A stretch of DNA of 64,000 nucleotides, from the IMG/VR virus record IMGVR_UViG_3300033463_000107. One strand, 5' to 3'. This document shows positions 18,652 through 27,735 of this stretch, one piece after another. Below the pieces are notes generated by a model that searched no databases, was not told the DNA's origin, and worked only from the letters and a program-made list of their open reading frames with translations. Every line of letters starts with the position of its first letter. Positions within the stretch are counted from its first letter, which is position 1. Position numbers and translations under genes: made by a program. This DNA is from an uncultured virus (IMG/VR IMGVR_UViG_3300033463_000107). Lineage: Duplodnaviria; Heunggongvirae; Uroviricota; Caudoviricetes.

Positions 18652-18800
18652 GGGGATTTTTTATAACCGGCTATCCCCGACCGGCCGGCATAGTCCCCCT
18701 TTCCATTATTCCCCGCTGAAAAACCATCCGCAAAAAGACGAGGGTTTTCGAGGGGGACACGTACAGGAGGTAGGTACGTCAGGCTTATAGCCTATGCCAT
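18652..18800 (-). ncRNA. candidate multi-stem structured RNA with anti-Shine-Dalgarno loop
   Basis: Nested complementary stems in a non-coding gap (see findings). Confidence 0.4.
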
Positions 18801-18820
18801 GAACCCGATAGTCCGATACA

Positions 18821-19099
18821 CTATCTGGTTGGTCTGCTCTTCCGGTTGTACCGCAGTCTTTTCCACATTTCTTTCTGCGTCCGTTCGCTGATCGTTACCT
18901 GCGAAAGTTTATACTTGCGTTCGGCTTCGTGCTTTTCCTGCTGTTTCTTTTGCCACTCAAGAAACTTTTCACATTGGTCGTGGTATGCACCGCATCCAGC
19001 ATTCGGACATCCTTTACATGGTCCGGTTCCACCGTTTTTCCATCCACCCACTTCAGTTTCCCCACTTTCCAACATTGTATGGGCAAAGCATCGTGTCAT
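18821..19099 (-). CDS. small Cys-rich phage protein
   Basis: PCKGC...GC...HDQCEKF; start uncertain. Confidence 0.55.
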   Translation of the reverse strand: MTRCFAHTMLESGETEVGGWKNGGTGPCKGCPNAGCGAYHDQCEKFLEWQKKQQEKHEAERKYKLSQVTISERTQKEMWKRLRYNRKSRPTR

Positions 19100-19553
19100 G
19101 GTAATCTTCCAGCGGAAGGATAGACGTAAGAAGTTTGTACAGCCGACACTTTTCGCATTCGTGATCGTCCAACGTGCATTCCATGCACTTTGCTCTTGCG
19201 CAGTCTACAAGGTCCCTGAACTCTTCTTTTTCCATGATGACGGTCGTCATGGACGGCTGAAACTTTGGTGCAAGGCGCATTTCGTAGTCCGAAATCGTGT
19301 TTTGCAACTGCTTTCGCTGATTCCGTGGAATAGTAACAACCAAATCGTTAAACAGATTGTCTGCCTTTTCAGACAGTTCTTTCATACGTTCCTTACCGTT
19401 TTCTACCATGTCCAGCCGGTCAGCAAGGTCAACGAGAAAGTCGTCCATATTGGTAGCAGTATGGTCGAACAGGATAATCGCCATCTTCTCAATGCGCGTC
19501 AGGAGAACGGCGTCCGGTCGGCTTTCACGCACTTCCTTCTTTATCAAATACAT
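19053..19553 (-). CDS. hypothetical phage protein with C-terminal Cys cluster
   Basis: CMEC...CEKC...CPY. Confidence 0.65.
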   Translation of the reverse strand: MYLIKKEVRESRPDAVLLTRIEKMAIILFDHTATNMDDFLVDLADRLDMVENGKERMKELSEKADNLFNDLVVTIPRNQRKQLQNTISDYEMRLAPKFQPSMTTVIMEKEEFRDLVDCARAKCMECTLDDHECEKCRLYKLLTSILPLEDYHDTMLCPYNVGKWGN

Positions 19554-19557
19554 ACGC

Positions 19558-20520
19558 TCACCGCCCCGACGGGAATGTGGCGTTCCCATTGAAGATCTTT
19601 GCGGTCGTTACCAATGCTTCCTGCGCCTTTTCGATCCAAGCAATCCGTTCAGTAAGGCTTGCCTTTTCCTTCTCCAGTTCATAGAACTTGGCGTTCAGTT
19701 CGCCGTAGAATCCGTCCGCCTTCGTGAATACCGGATCCGCCTTCACCAGCACTGGATCTTCATGTTTCTCTTCCGCGACCGCGTTAACTTCCTTCAGGAA
19801 ATCTTCGACGCTGACCTCATCGTTTTCGGCTTCTACGTTGACATGCACTTCAACCTCTTTCACCAGCTGATCCTCCTTGACAATATCGCCATAACGTCTT
19901 TTCCACTGACCATAGTTGTGAACTGCCTTTGTCCTGTCGATTCCGTATTTCTCCATCATAAACTGGATCGGATCCGGCTGTGAAAGCGCTTCTTTAAACC
20001 TGTTAATTGCATCATAGCGCCTTACATCTTTATGGGAACGTATGTATGCTGGCATGTCTTTTTTTACGCCGCTAAACATTTCCCAGAAATTGTACTGTTC
20101 TGCAATGTCAGGATAGACACGTCCCCAGTATGCCAGCCTCTGCCTTGCGCTGTTCTTATTGTTCCCATTGTTATCAATCATGTACTGGACCATGTCAGGC
20201 GACTGCAGTGCCGCAATGAAAATCTGCCTTCTCTTTTCGGTAAGTTCCTGCCTCGTTCTTTTCACTTCAGCTTCAACAACGGGTTTTGTTGTCTGCTGTT
20301 CTTTCATCTGCTCTTCCATCTTCTGTTTCTCCATTTCGTCCAGTAATACAATTGCCCGTTGCCCTGCCCTGCAGTTTTTCTTTCCAGGACAGTCCCTGCA
20401 CTTTTCAGGCTTCTGAAGGTTCTTCATGCACAAGAACCTTTTCAGTTCATTGAGTCCCATGTTTTCAATCTTTATGTTCCGTTCTTCCGTAGCAATCTCT
20501 CGCATCTTTTTAATAGCCAT
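19558..20520 (-). CDS. hypothetical protein (two repeated helical domains and a coiled coil)
   Basis: ALQSPDMVQYM / ALSQPDPIQFM internal repeat. Confidence 0.7.
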   Translation of the reverse strand: MAIKKMREIATEERNIKIENMGLNELKRFLCMKNLQKPEKCRDCPGKKNCRAGQRAIVLLDEMEKQKMEEQMKEQQTTKPVVEAEVKRTRQELTEKRRQIFIAALQSPDMVQYMIDNNGNNKNSARQRLAYWGRVYPDIAEQYNFWEMFSGVKKDMPAYIRSHKDVRRYDAINRFKEALSQPDPIQFMMEKYGIDRTKAVHNYGQWKRRYGDIVKEDQLVKEVEVHVNVEAENDEVSVEDFLKEVNAVAEEKHEDPVLVKADPVFTKADGFYGELNAKFYELEKEKASLTERIAWIEKAQEALVTTAKIFNGNATFPSGR

Positions 20521-20523
20521 ACA

Positions 20524-21348
20524 TCAATTCTCCTGCATAATCTGCTTCACATATTTTTCATAGGAAAACGGGGACGAAATTCTATAGCTGTTTGTGCGTT
20601 TCTTCCCTTCGTGAAGATCCAGCATCGCCTGAATCACGACGTCCAGCTGTTCCCGCTGTGTCCGGAGACAGGAGCCGTTCTTCCACCGCTCGTCAAACAT
20701 CTTCCGCGCCACCAGCGCAGAACTCACTTCGTATCCGTCCGTGCCGAACGCATCATTGGAAGAGAACGCTTTAAAGAACACCTGCACTTCGTAAAACGGC
20801 ATGGTTTCCGTCTTCAGCATAAGATAGGAAGCAAGCATCAGACTTCCGCGCTTCACGTTCTTTGAATTCGATCCGTTCAGCATGCACCGCCACGAACGGT
20901 TCAGTTCGTCATTATGCTTCTCTGCATATTCCACTACACGCATGGGTGTCCGGACACTGTCGTCGTCCGTCAACTGGAACAGCAGGTTTACACCAGCGAG
21001 GACGCACTTTGTTACGTCCACACCCTTTGCGGCACTGATCTGTGTAGTTGTCCTTACGCTGTTCAAATCGTAGGCCGTTACGGATTCGTCCACACCACGC
21101 ACCACAGCGATTTCAACGGTAACACCGGACATAATGATCGCCGCCAGCCTGTGCTGACCGTTTTTCAGCATCCCATTGTTATCGAATACAATCGGCTCTC
21201 CGTTCAGTTCCCAACGCCCTGCTTTCATGTCTTCTGCATAGCGTTTGATCACGGAACGCTGCAGTTTGCGATAATTTTTTACATTTACTTTCAGATATTC
21301 CGCAGCAATTTCCGGCGAAATCTTCTCTACAGACATTTTAATAGCCAT
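20524..21348 (-). CDS. ParB/Srx-like domain protein
   Basis: YAEDMKAGRWELNGEPIVF...NGQHRLAAI. Confidence 0.7.
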   Translation of the reverse strand: MAIKMSVEKISPEIAAEYLKVNVKNYRKLQRSVIKRYAEDMKAGRWELNGEPIVFDNNGMLKNGQHRLAAIIMSGVTVEIAVVRGVDESVTAYDLNSVRTTTQISAAKGVDVTKCVLAGVNLLFQLTDDDSVRTPMRVVEYAEKHNDELNRSWRCMLNGSNSKNVKRGSLMLASYLMLKTETMPFYEVQVFFKAFSSNDAFGTDGYEVSSALVARKMFDERWKNGSCLRTQREQLDVVIQAMLDLHEGKKRTNSYRISSPFSYEKYVKQIMQEN

Positions 21349-21484
21349 ACAGTCTCTCACTTTCTCCGCGTGTGCGGTCTTGTTTTTTTACATTCATTGA
21401 TGTAAAATTCAGGCGTACTATAATCTCATTGGACTGCTGAACTCGCACTTCAGTGGTCCTTCTTTTTTACAACAATCAATTCCA

Positions 21485-21976
21485 TCACTCTCCTTCAAAA
21501 TCCAGAAATTCGCTTCTTACGTATCCATAATTGGTAAGGCACCATTCAGACGTCCAGCACAACACAGTCAGATGTTCCATCGGTTTCAGCCACTTTTTCA
21601 CTTTCCCGTTTACACCATTCCGTGCCGCAAGCCTTCCGTTACTAACCACGATTGCTGGTTGCCGCACAATCACAGGCGCCTCATGGACAATGTACATGGC
21701 ACTGATCCATCCGTTATCCTCTTCAGCTGCAAGATCCACAACGTGGATGAATCCGTTCTTTTCCTTTCCGTCTGATTTCAATGTCCGTCCACATGTTGTA
21801 CCGCCAAAAGCATTTGCTGATTTCTTTGGAAAATTACGGATGCATACGTAACTTTCCGGATCACACAGCACCCACACAGTTTCTTCTTCCGCCGTAGCAC
21901 TATCCAACAGAAGTGCAACGGCAATAATGATGATCAGCCCAATCTGAATCCAGATGAAGGTGCGTCCTCTGTTCAT
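21485..21976 (-). CDS. secreted or membrane-anchored SH3b-like domain protein
   Basis: N-terminal hydrophobic signal; GWISAMY and GYVRSEFL SH3b-like ends. Confidence 0.6.
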   Translation of the reverse strand: MNRGRTFIWIQIGLIIIIAVALLLDSATAEEETVWVLCDPESYVCIRNFPKKSANAFGGTTCGRTLKSDGKEKNGFIHVVDLAAEEDNGWISAMYIVHEAPVIVRQPAIVVSNGRLAARNGVNGKVKKWLKPMEHLTVLCWTSEWCLTNYGYVRSEFLDFEGE

Positions 21977-22206
21977 ACGGTTCCTCCGTTCCAGACGATC
22001 ATCGGCGTCATGCCGTTATACCAATTGATAAATCCAATCCGTGGAATGCAGTAGCTGTGTCCGGCTTTGCAGATCGGAAAACCAAGGTACTTCGGATCGC
22101 GTTCCGCCTGATCTCGAATCACCTGCGGGTCTTTTCCGAGGAACTCTGCCACAAGTTTCACTGTCAACACATTACAGTCCAGAGCTTCAATGTCCGCAAT
22201 CGTCAT
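21973..22206 (-). CDS. excisionase-like winged-HTH protein
   Basis: LTVKLVAEFLGKDPQ...LGFP...IPR; third gene of the Cro operon. Confidence 0.55.
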   Translation of the reverse strand: MTIADIEALDCNVLTVKLVAEFLGKDPQVIRDQAERDPKYLGFPICKAGHSYCIPRIGFINWYNGMTPMIVWNGGTV

Positions 22207-22595
22207 GTCCATTCCCCTTCCGGCGACATGTAGCCTCCATTCGCGTTGTACATGGTTCGGACGTCCTCTTTGTTCATCGTCTGCGGTTTCGGCAGAACAG
22301 GTTCTTCCTGCTGATTCAGTCTCTTGTCGATCCGGTACATCATGTAAAACCAGTCCGTCACGGCTTCATCGGATAAGTCGCCCTTCAGCAGCCGCATAGT
22401 TGTGCTGTCGCCGAACGGTCTGTCTGCCTTATCATGGCTTACCTTAAACAGCGCGTCCGCCAGCTGACCGGAAATCTCGTCTGCAACGGACCATGGCGCT
22501 TTGTCAAGGAAAAGTTTCTGTGTAGATTCCGCCAGACGAAGTGCCATCCGTGTAGCCTTTACCACCTGCAATAATGCATCTCTTTCAATTTCCAT
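22203..22595 (-). CDS. hypothetical early protein
   Basis: GGAGG RBS; apparent paralog of 26155-26427. Confidence 0.7.
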   Translation of the reverse strand: MEIERDALLQVVKATRMALRLAESTQKLFLDKAPWSVADEISGQLADALFKVSHDKADRPFGDSTTMRLLKGDLSDEAVTDWFYMMYRIDKRLNQQEEPVLPKPQTMNKEDVRTMYNANGGYMSPEGEWT

Positions 22596-22615
22596 CGTTG
22601 TTGCAAATCCTCCAA

Positions 22616-22837
22616 TTACGTTTTGTGGTTATCGTCTGAATAAAAAATAGATTCCACGGAAGTGCCGAAAAGATTTGCGATCTTTATTTTTGTTTCGTCA
22701 CTCGGAATCCGTATTCCATATTCATAGGAACAAACGGAGTTGTAACTGATTCCGAGCGCCTGTGCCATGAACCGTTTTGTCATTCTGAATGACTTACGGA
22801 GATCGCAGATGCGCTTCCCAATTTCCTTGGCATTCAA
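22616..22837 (-). CDS. Cro-like XRE HTH regulator
   Basis: HTH_3 pattern AQALGIS...YEYGIRIPS; divergent from the repressor. Confidence 0.85.
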   Translation of the reverse strand: MNAKEIGKRICDLRKSFRMTKRFMAQALGISYNSVCSYEYGIRIPSDETKIKIANLFGTSVESIFYSDDNHKT

Positions 22838-22970
22838 TTATTCCCACCTCCTGTGTGATATTATAACCACGTTTTCTGGTAGAGTAAATACGTTTAAAGA
22901 TTAAATTTTTATTACAAAAACATTGACTTGTTAACACAAGTCGTGGTAACATGATGCGGGAGGTGTTATT
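22838..22970. promoter_or_regulatory. lysis/lysogeny divergent promoter region
   Basis: + strand TTGACT (22924)...TAACAT; - strand TATAAT near 22860-22865; CGTGGTWA motif copies. Confidence 0.7.
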
Positions 22971-23324
22971 ATGAACTTTGGAAACAACCTGAGAAACCTT
23001 AGAGTTATTCGCCATATGTCACAGCAGAAACTTGCGGACGAAATGCATGTATCACAGTCAAGCATTGCCGCTTATGAAACAGGCGAACGGGAACCGTCCT
23101 TTGCCGTCGTTCAACGGTTCGCTGACTATTTCGGCGTGTCTGCGTCCCTGCTGACTCCGTTTGTAAACGCTCCGGACGAATACGTACAGTCTGTTGCAGA
23201 TACCCTGCACCAGAATCCAAAACTTCAGTTGCTGTTTGACCGCGCAAAAAATCTTTCCGAGTCTGATCTTGATGCCGTACTGAATATTGTGATCGCACTT
23301 ACAAAGGATCATGATCAAGTATGA
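22971..23324 (+). CDS. CI-like XRE repressor (no S24 peptidase domain)
   Basis: SQQKLADEMHVSQSSIAAYETGEREP. Confidence 0.85.
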   Translation: MNFGNNLRNLRVIRHMSQQKLADEMHVSQSSIAAYETGEREPSFAVVQRFADYFGVSASLLTPFVNAPDEYVQSVADTLHQNPKLQLLFDRAKNLSESDLDAVLNIVIALTKDHDQV

Positions 23325-24385
23325 AGACAAAGGTAAGGGGAAACGGTCAGGGAACTGCTTTCAAACGCGGCAACACATGGACAGCCTGTGTGACTGTAGG
23401 ATGGAAACTTCCATCCGACCCGACACAGAAAAAAATTCCGGTCCGCAGAACAAAGGGAGGATTCTCCACAAAAAAGGATGCCATTGCCTACTGTCCAACA
23501 CTGCTTGCCGGTGGTATTGAACCGCGCACGGAAGTTCCGCGCCTGTCGGATTACTGGCGGACATACTCCGAAGGAAAGATGCTGGAGATATCCAAAGGAA
23601 AGCAATCTGCGTACAGGACTGCATGGAAAAGACTGAAACCAATCATGGACATACGCATGGATTGCATTTCCGTGGACCTGTTGCAGAAGACGATTGACAA
23701 CGCATGCACGACCTTCGATCCGGCAAAAGATTGCAAGTCCCTTTTGTCAAATCTTTTTGAACTTGCCGCTGCAGAACGCTATGCTGCACGGGAACTGCCA
23801 TCCTTTATCACGCTACCTGAACATGAGGAGAAGGAACGTATTCCGTTCAACAAGGACGAGCAGAAAGCAATCTGGAAGGTCTACGACGACGGCGACCGCC
23901 GTGCAGCCGCACATTTGTTGATGATCTATTCCGGCATGATGCCCGGGGAACTCCAGCTGCTCCGCGTGGAACATGTTAACATGGAGAAACGGATCATCCT
24001 TCGCGCCGGATTGAAAACCAAAGTCAGGAAACGAACGCCGGTGGTTATTGCGGACTGCATCCTTCCCGTCATGGAGGATCTGATAGAGCATGCGCAGCCG
24101 TCCGGATATATATGGAAGAGGAATGAAAAGGCTTGGTATGAAAACTACTATGCCGTGCTGGAAAAGGCCGGTTGCCGGAAACTTTCCCCGTATAGCTGTC
24201 GGCACACGACGGCAACCGCACTTGCGGTAGATCAGAAGGTGGCGCCGCAGACGATCAAGAAAATCATGCGGTGGAGTACGACCCGAATGCTTGATAAATA
24301 TGCCCATCCGCAGGTGTCCGACGCATTGGAAGGAGTCAACAAGATTGAAAAACCTACCGCTGACAATCCTTCCGAAAGCGAATGA
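23321..24385 (+). CDS. int: phage integrase (tyrosine recombinase)
   Basis: N-terminal RGNGQGT arm-binding motif; PYSCRHT...KYAH; adjacent to attP; catalytic box reads YSGMMPGEL (atypical). Confidence 0.85.
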   Translation: MKTKVRGNGQGTAFKRGNTWTACVTVGWKLPSDPTQKKIPVRRTKGGFSTKKDAIAYCPTLLAGGIEPRTEVPRLSDYWRTYSEGKMLEISKGKQSAYRTAWKRLKPIMDIRMDCISVDLLQKTIDNACTTFDPAKDCKSLLSNLFELAAAERYAARELPSFITLPEHEEKERIPFNKDEQKAIWKVYDDGDRRAAAHLLMIYSGMMPGELQLLRVEHVNMEKRIILRAGLKTKVRKRTPVVIADCILPVMEDLIEHAQPSGYIWKRNEKAWYENYYAVLEKAGCRKLSPYSCRHTTATALAVDQKVAPQTIKKIMRWSTTRMLDKYAHPQVSDALEGVNKIEKPTADNPSESE

Positions 24386-24451
24386 TTTCTATTGCTTACG
24401 TACTGCTTACATCATTCGCTGTCGCTGTTGATTTTCCTACATCCGCATTCA

Positions 24452-24510
24452 CCCTGCTAAGGGAGTAGTGTCAGTGATGGCAGCCCGGGTTCAAATCCCG
24501 GCTTCTCCGC
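24452..24510 (+). tRNA. 3' part of tRNA-Ser(GCT) (attP core, not a complete tRNA)
   Basis: CCC-TGCTAA-GGG anticodon arm, long variable arm, GGTTCAAATCC T-loop, CTTCTCCGC acceptor 3' strand; no 5' acceptor or D arm. Confidence 0.85.
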
Positions 24511-24513
24511 TTC

Positions 24514-24546
24514 AAACCCCAGGAAAATCAACGTTCCTGGGGTTTT
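24514..24546 (+). terminator. terminator after the tRNA fragment
   Basis: aaaccccaggaa...ttcctggggtttt. Confidence 0.75.
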
Positions 24547-24773
24547 GTTGTGCCGTAATAGTCTAACCACGAATCGTAATAAGTGACGAAAAATTGCCCT
24601 CTACTGCTTACACTACTGCTTACAAGGTTTGATTTTCTACTGCTCACACAGGGGAAACATATTCCCCATTTTCACACTACTCCCCCGTTTGGGGAATGGT
24701 ATTTCCCCATACCACTCCCCACGAAAAAACCGCCATGAAACGGGCGGCTTATTTCATTAACATATAAGATCAA

Positions 24774-24995
24774 TTACCATTTCCCCATCATATCCGGACT
24801 TTTGTCCCATCCATGTTCTAACTCAAATTTGTCTATACGTTTCTTCTGCTCTTTAATCAATGCAAGTGCATCCTCTTTTAGTGCTGTATAATATCCTTCG
24901 CTACATTGGCATTCATATGGGCATCTAAAACAATTTTTGTCGCTGCTGCTTATGCAATGTTCTAATCCTTTGATAACATTTTCCGCATCAACCAT
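24774..24995 (-). CDS. DREKVIKGLE-family protein
   Basis: MVDAENVIKGLEHC...CFRCPYE...DALALIKEQ. Confidence 0.7.
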   Translation of the reverse strand: MVDAENVIKGLEHCISSSDKNCFRCPYECQCSEGYYTALKEDALALIKEQKKRIDKFELEHGWDKSPDMMGKW

Positions 24996-25018
24996 TCTCA
25001 CGCACCTCACTTATTTTA

Positions 25019-25996
25019 TTAATCCTCGTACCCTGCCATGTATTTACTCAGGTCAAGTTCCTCTGTACTCCACACCGGCATGGAAAGCAATCCGATCTTT
25101 TCCAGCTTGTTTATGTACGGCGTGAATTGTTCCTTCACAATACGGTTCAGTTCCGGCGGAACGTGTACGGGTATCGCATGCCGTATCGTTTCCACGCACC
25201 AGTCGCACGTACCGAACACACGCTCAAACCTGCGTTTGTTTATCACGTATCCGCGTTCCTGCAGAAGACGGATCACAGGCCGTGGAAACTCAAGATGAAG
25301 TGCAAAGCACTCCGCTTCTTTTTCATATTTATATGTATCTACCATCGTTTTCGGGTGACCAAGATATGCATGCCCAAGTTCAACAGCGAGAGCCAGACGC
25401 ATGTCGCCTATCGGATATGACCGGTTTGCACAGAAAAGATACTCATGCGCATTCTGTTCATTCTTGTAGACATACGAAACAACAATGTCGTTCGGGCTTC
25501 CGAATGCCTCCAGTTTCGTGTTCATGGAAATGTTCGTGATTTCGTCAGGTTCTTCAAATGATACCATGGTCACCCTGTCAGAATCCTGAATAATCTGGTG
25601 CGGATAAATCGGTGTACGTGCCACGTTAAACTTTATCAGTGCGCGCATTGCCTGCGAAGCTGCCGTTATGCAGTCCGATTCGGACATCTCTTTTGTCTTC
25701 CAGTACGGAGCCACGCCGAGCATGTGGCTTTCTGTATGCTTGTAGAGTTTTTCCGCAACTACATCCAGGTTCTCATGCGGATTTACATTACGGTCATCCG
25801 TCCATCCCATGATATACGGACGCGTTACATGGAAAAGGTTCGCCAGTTCATGCACTTTTTTAAGAGGGACGTTCGCAATCTCCCCTGTTTCATACCTATG
25901 CACAGTCACCTTGGATATGCCGATTGCATCCGCAACATTCTCCAGTGACATTCCTTTTTCATGTCTCAGCTGTTTTAGCCGCTCTGCAAATGTCAT
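25019..25996 (-). CDS. XRE HTH fused to an ImmA/IrrE-like metallopeptidase domain
   Basis: N-terminal HTH_3; RLALAVELGHAYLGH...EKEAECFA (HExxH altered to VELGH). Confidence 0.8.
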   Translation of the reverse strand: MTFAERLKQLRHEKGMSLENVADAIGISKVTVHRYETGEIANVPLKKVHELANLFHVTRPYIMGWTDDRNVNPHENLDVVAEKLYKHTESHMLGVAPYWKTKEMSESDCITAASQAMRALIKFNVARTPIYPHQIIQDSDRVTMVSFEEPDEITNISMNTKLEAFGSPNDIVVSYVYKNEQNAHEYLFCANRSYPIGDMRLALAVELGHAYLGHPKTMVDTYKYEKEAECFALHLEFPRPVIRLLQERGYVINKRRFERVFGTCDWCVETIRHAIPVHVPPELNRIVKEQFTPYINKLEKIGLLSMPVWSTEELDLSKYMAGYED

Positions 25997-26154
25997 TTTG
26001 TTCCCCTCCACGCAACGGATTGTACCATAAATGTGCAAAAAAGTTCACACTTAATAAATATTTAATATATTTTTTCTTTTCCCGTAACGGTGCATATGAT
26101 AAAATCCGTTGCGTAAAATGCAACGAACGATAAATATAGAAAGGAATTGTATGT

Positions 26155-26427
26155 ATGGAAGAAGCACTTAAAAGGCTGGTTCGTATTGCTGTGGAAGCAA
26201 AAAAGATGCATGATTTTATGGAAAAGAACGGATACAATGATTCGCCATACACCCGGATTTACGACAATGCCGCTGATGCGATTTACTATCTGATCGGGGA
26301 AGACGGCAAAGAGTACGACACGTTCGACCAGTCGTTAACCTACATTGTGCTTCATTCAAAAGCATCTCCTGAACTGAAGACAGAAGTCCTGCTGGAAGAA
26401 TTGGGAAGAAACGTTGCAGCCAAATAA
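26155..26427 (+). CDS. hypothetical protein, apparent paralog of 22203-22595
   Basis: AAAGGA RBS; ADAIYYL/ADALFKV and FDQSLT/FGDSTT similarity. Confidence 0.7.
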   Translation: MEEALKRLVRIAVEAKKMHDFMEKNGYNDSPYTRIYDNAADAIYYLIGEDGKEYDTFDQSLTYIVLHSKASPELKTEVLLEELGRNVAAK

Positions 26428-26434
26428 TTTGCAC

Positions 26435-26516
26435 TTGTATTATTTCGCTTAATCCGTTACAATGTAAGCGATATAAGCCACCGAACGGTGAGATAACTCT
26501 CTGTTCGGTGGCTTTT
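26435..26516 (+). promoter_or_regulatory. sigma-A promoter with leader terminator hairpin
   Basis: TTGTAT-17-TACAAT (26435-26463); hairpin at 26475-26516 with U-tail. Confidence 0.7.
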
Positions 26517-26549
26517 CGTTTATTAATCTTTCAGAAAGGAGCGAAAAAC

Positions 26550-26759
26550 ATGGTAAGAGTTCTTGGATCGACGATCATTCAGGATGGTCCCGGACACAAT
26601 GATATCCGGTGCAATGACTATTCCGGACTGCACACGGACCCAAAGCCTACTGAAGGCGTGGCAACCGGCAGTACTTTCCTTGAAGTCGATACTTGTGACG
26701 TGTATCTGTACGACGAAGAAGGGCAGACATGGAATAAGGTAGGTGGCAGCGGTGCGTAA
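26550..26759 (+). CDS. small phage protein (GLHTDPKP...GSTFLEVDT...YLYDEE..W)
   Basis: AAAGGAG RBS. Confidence 0.7.
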   Translation: MVRVLGSTIIQDGPGHNDIRCNDYSGLHTDPKPTEGVATGSTFLEVDTCDVYLYDEEGQTWNKVGGSGA

Positions 26760-26940
26760 CATTAGTATTGGAACAATCATCGCCCTGATCAAAGCCTTGG
26801 GCGGCGGCGGTGGTGGCGGATCATCCAACTACAATGATCTGTCCAACAAACCGCAGATCGGTGGGGTAACCCTACAGGGGAACAAATCCCTGTCCGACCT
26901 TGGCATCCAATCTGCTGTTGAGGTGGTGAGGTTGGCGTGA
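26743..26940 (+). CDS. small tail-fibre-like peptide
   Basis: GGGGG-NYNDLSNKPQIGGVTLQGNKSLSDLGI motif of the kind seen in fibre shafts; start uncertain. Confidence 0.6.
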   Translation: MAAVRNISIGTIIALIKALGGGGGGGSSNYNDLSNKPQIGGVTLQGNKSLSDLGIQSAVEVVRLA

Positions 26941-27722
26941 TCTATCTGGGCAATAGTCCGGTGGGAATCGTTGGGAAAGTCCCACTTCCGTATGATATAC
27001 CGAAGAAGGATGACGGGAATGCGTATGTTTATGTGTATCTGACGAATCCAAATGATTTGGATGCGAGGATATACATTTCTTCATCAAATCCAGCTGGTAC
27101 GTATACGGTGGATTGGGGGGATGGCAACACAGAAACAGCCGGGGGTTCTGCGTATATTGACCACACGTATCAAAAAACCGGTTTTTATACCGTAAAGTTA
27201 ACTGTTATTACAGGGACACCAAGACTTGGCGGTAGCGGAAACACATGGCTTATGGGTGGCGGCAGTTCAGAAAGACCAATCTATCAATATAAGTTGATGG
27301 GGTTGGAAACCGGGGATTGGGGAATTGCGTCTCAAGAATTCGCAGACTATTCAAACTCGATTGCTATTTACGCACGAAGATGCCCATACCTTGCGTATAG
27401 CGCACTAAATGCAAGATCTTGCAAAGCATTGAGTACACTCGAACTTCCTGCTATCGCATCAAATTATGCTTCTTATCAATTCAACGGATGCTTCGGCATT
27501 AAAGAAGTAACTATACCGAAAGAAGTAACAAATATCGGTTCGTATGTTTTCAGAGATTGCGGGATTATTTCGTTCCATATGGAATCGTCAACCCCTCCAA
27601 CGCTTGGATCTGGAGCGTTTAACGGATGTGAAGTGACAATTTACGTCCCGACCGGATCACTTACGACATATCAAGCCGCAGAGAATTGGTCAACGTATGC
27701 AAACAATATGGTAGAGGAATGA
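26937..27722 (+). CDS. PKD domain plus BspA-type leucine-rich repeat protein
   Basis: VDWGDG...HTY...G.YTV; FNGC..IKEVTIP..VTNIGSYVF; PPTLG..AF; IYVP...Y..A.NW. Confidence 0.8.
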   Translation: MIYLGNSPVGIVGKVPLPYDIPKKDDGNAYVYVYLTNPNDLDARIYISSSNPAGTYTVDWGDGNTETAGGSAYIDHTYQKTGFYTVKLTVITGTPRLGGSGNTWLMGGGSSERPIYQYKLMGLETGDWGIASQEFADYSNSIAIYARRCPYLAYSALNARSCKALSTLELPAIASNYASYQFNGCFGIKEVTIPKEVTNIGSYVFRDCGIISFHMESSTPPTLGSGAFNGCEVTIYVPTGSLTTYQAAENWSTYANNMVEE

Positions 27723-27735
27723 GGGAGGTGACAGC

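Larger units (their letters stand above)
24390..24647. other. attP site: core plus arm-type repeats
   Basis: TA(C/T)TGCT(T/C)AC at 24390, 24401, 24602, 24614, 24638; 12-bp inverted repeat GTTGATTTTCCT (24427-24438) / AGGAAAATCAAC (24521-24532) around the core. Confidence 0.85.

Noticed and set aside
24452..24510. Functional phage tRNA-Ser gene
   Set aside because: The 5' acceptor strand (expected GGAGAAG) and D arm are missing; it is the attP core.
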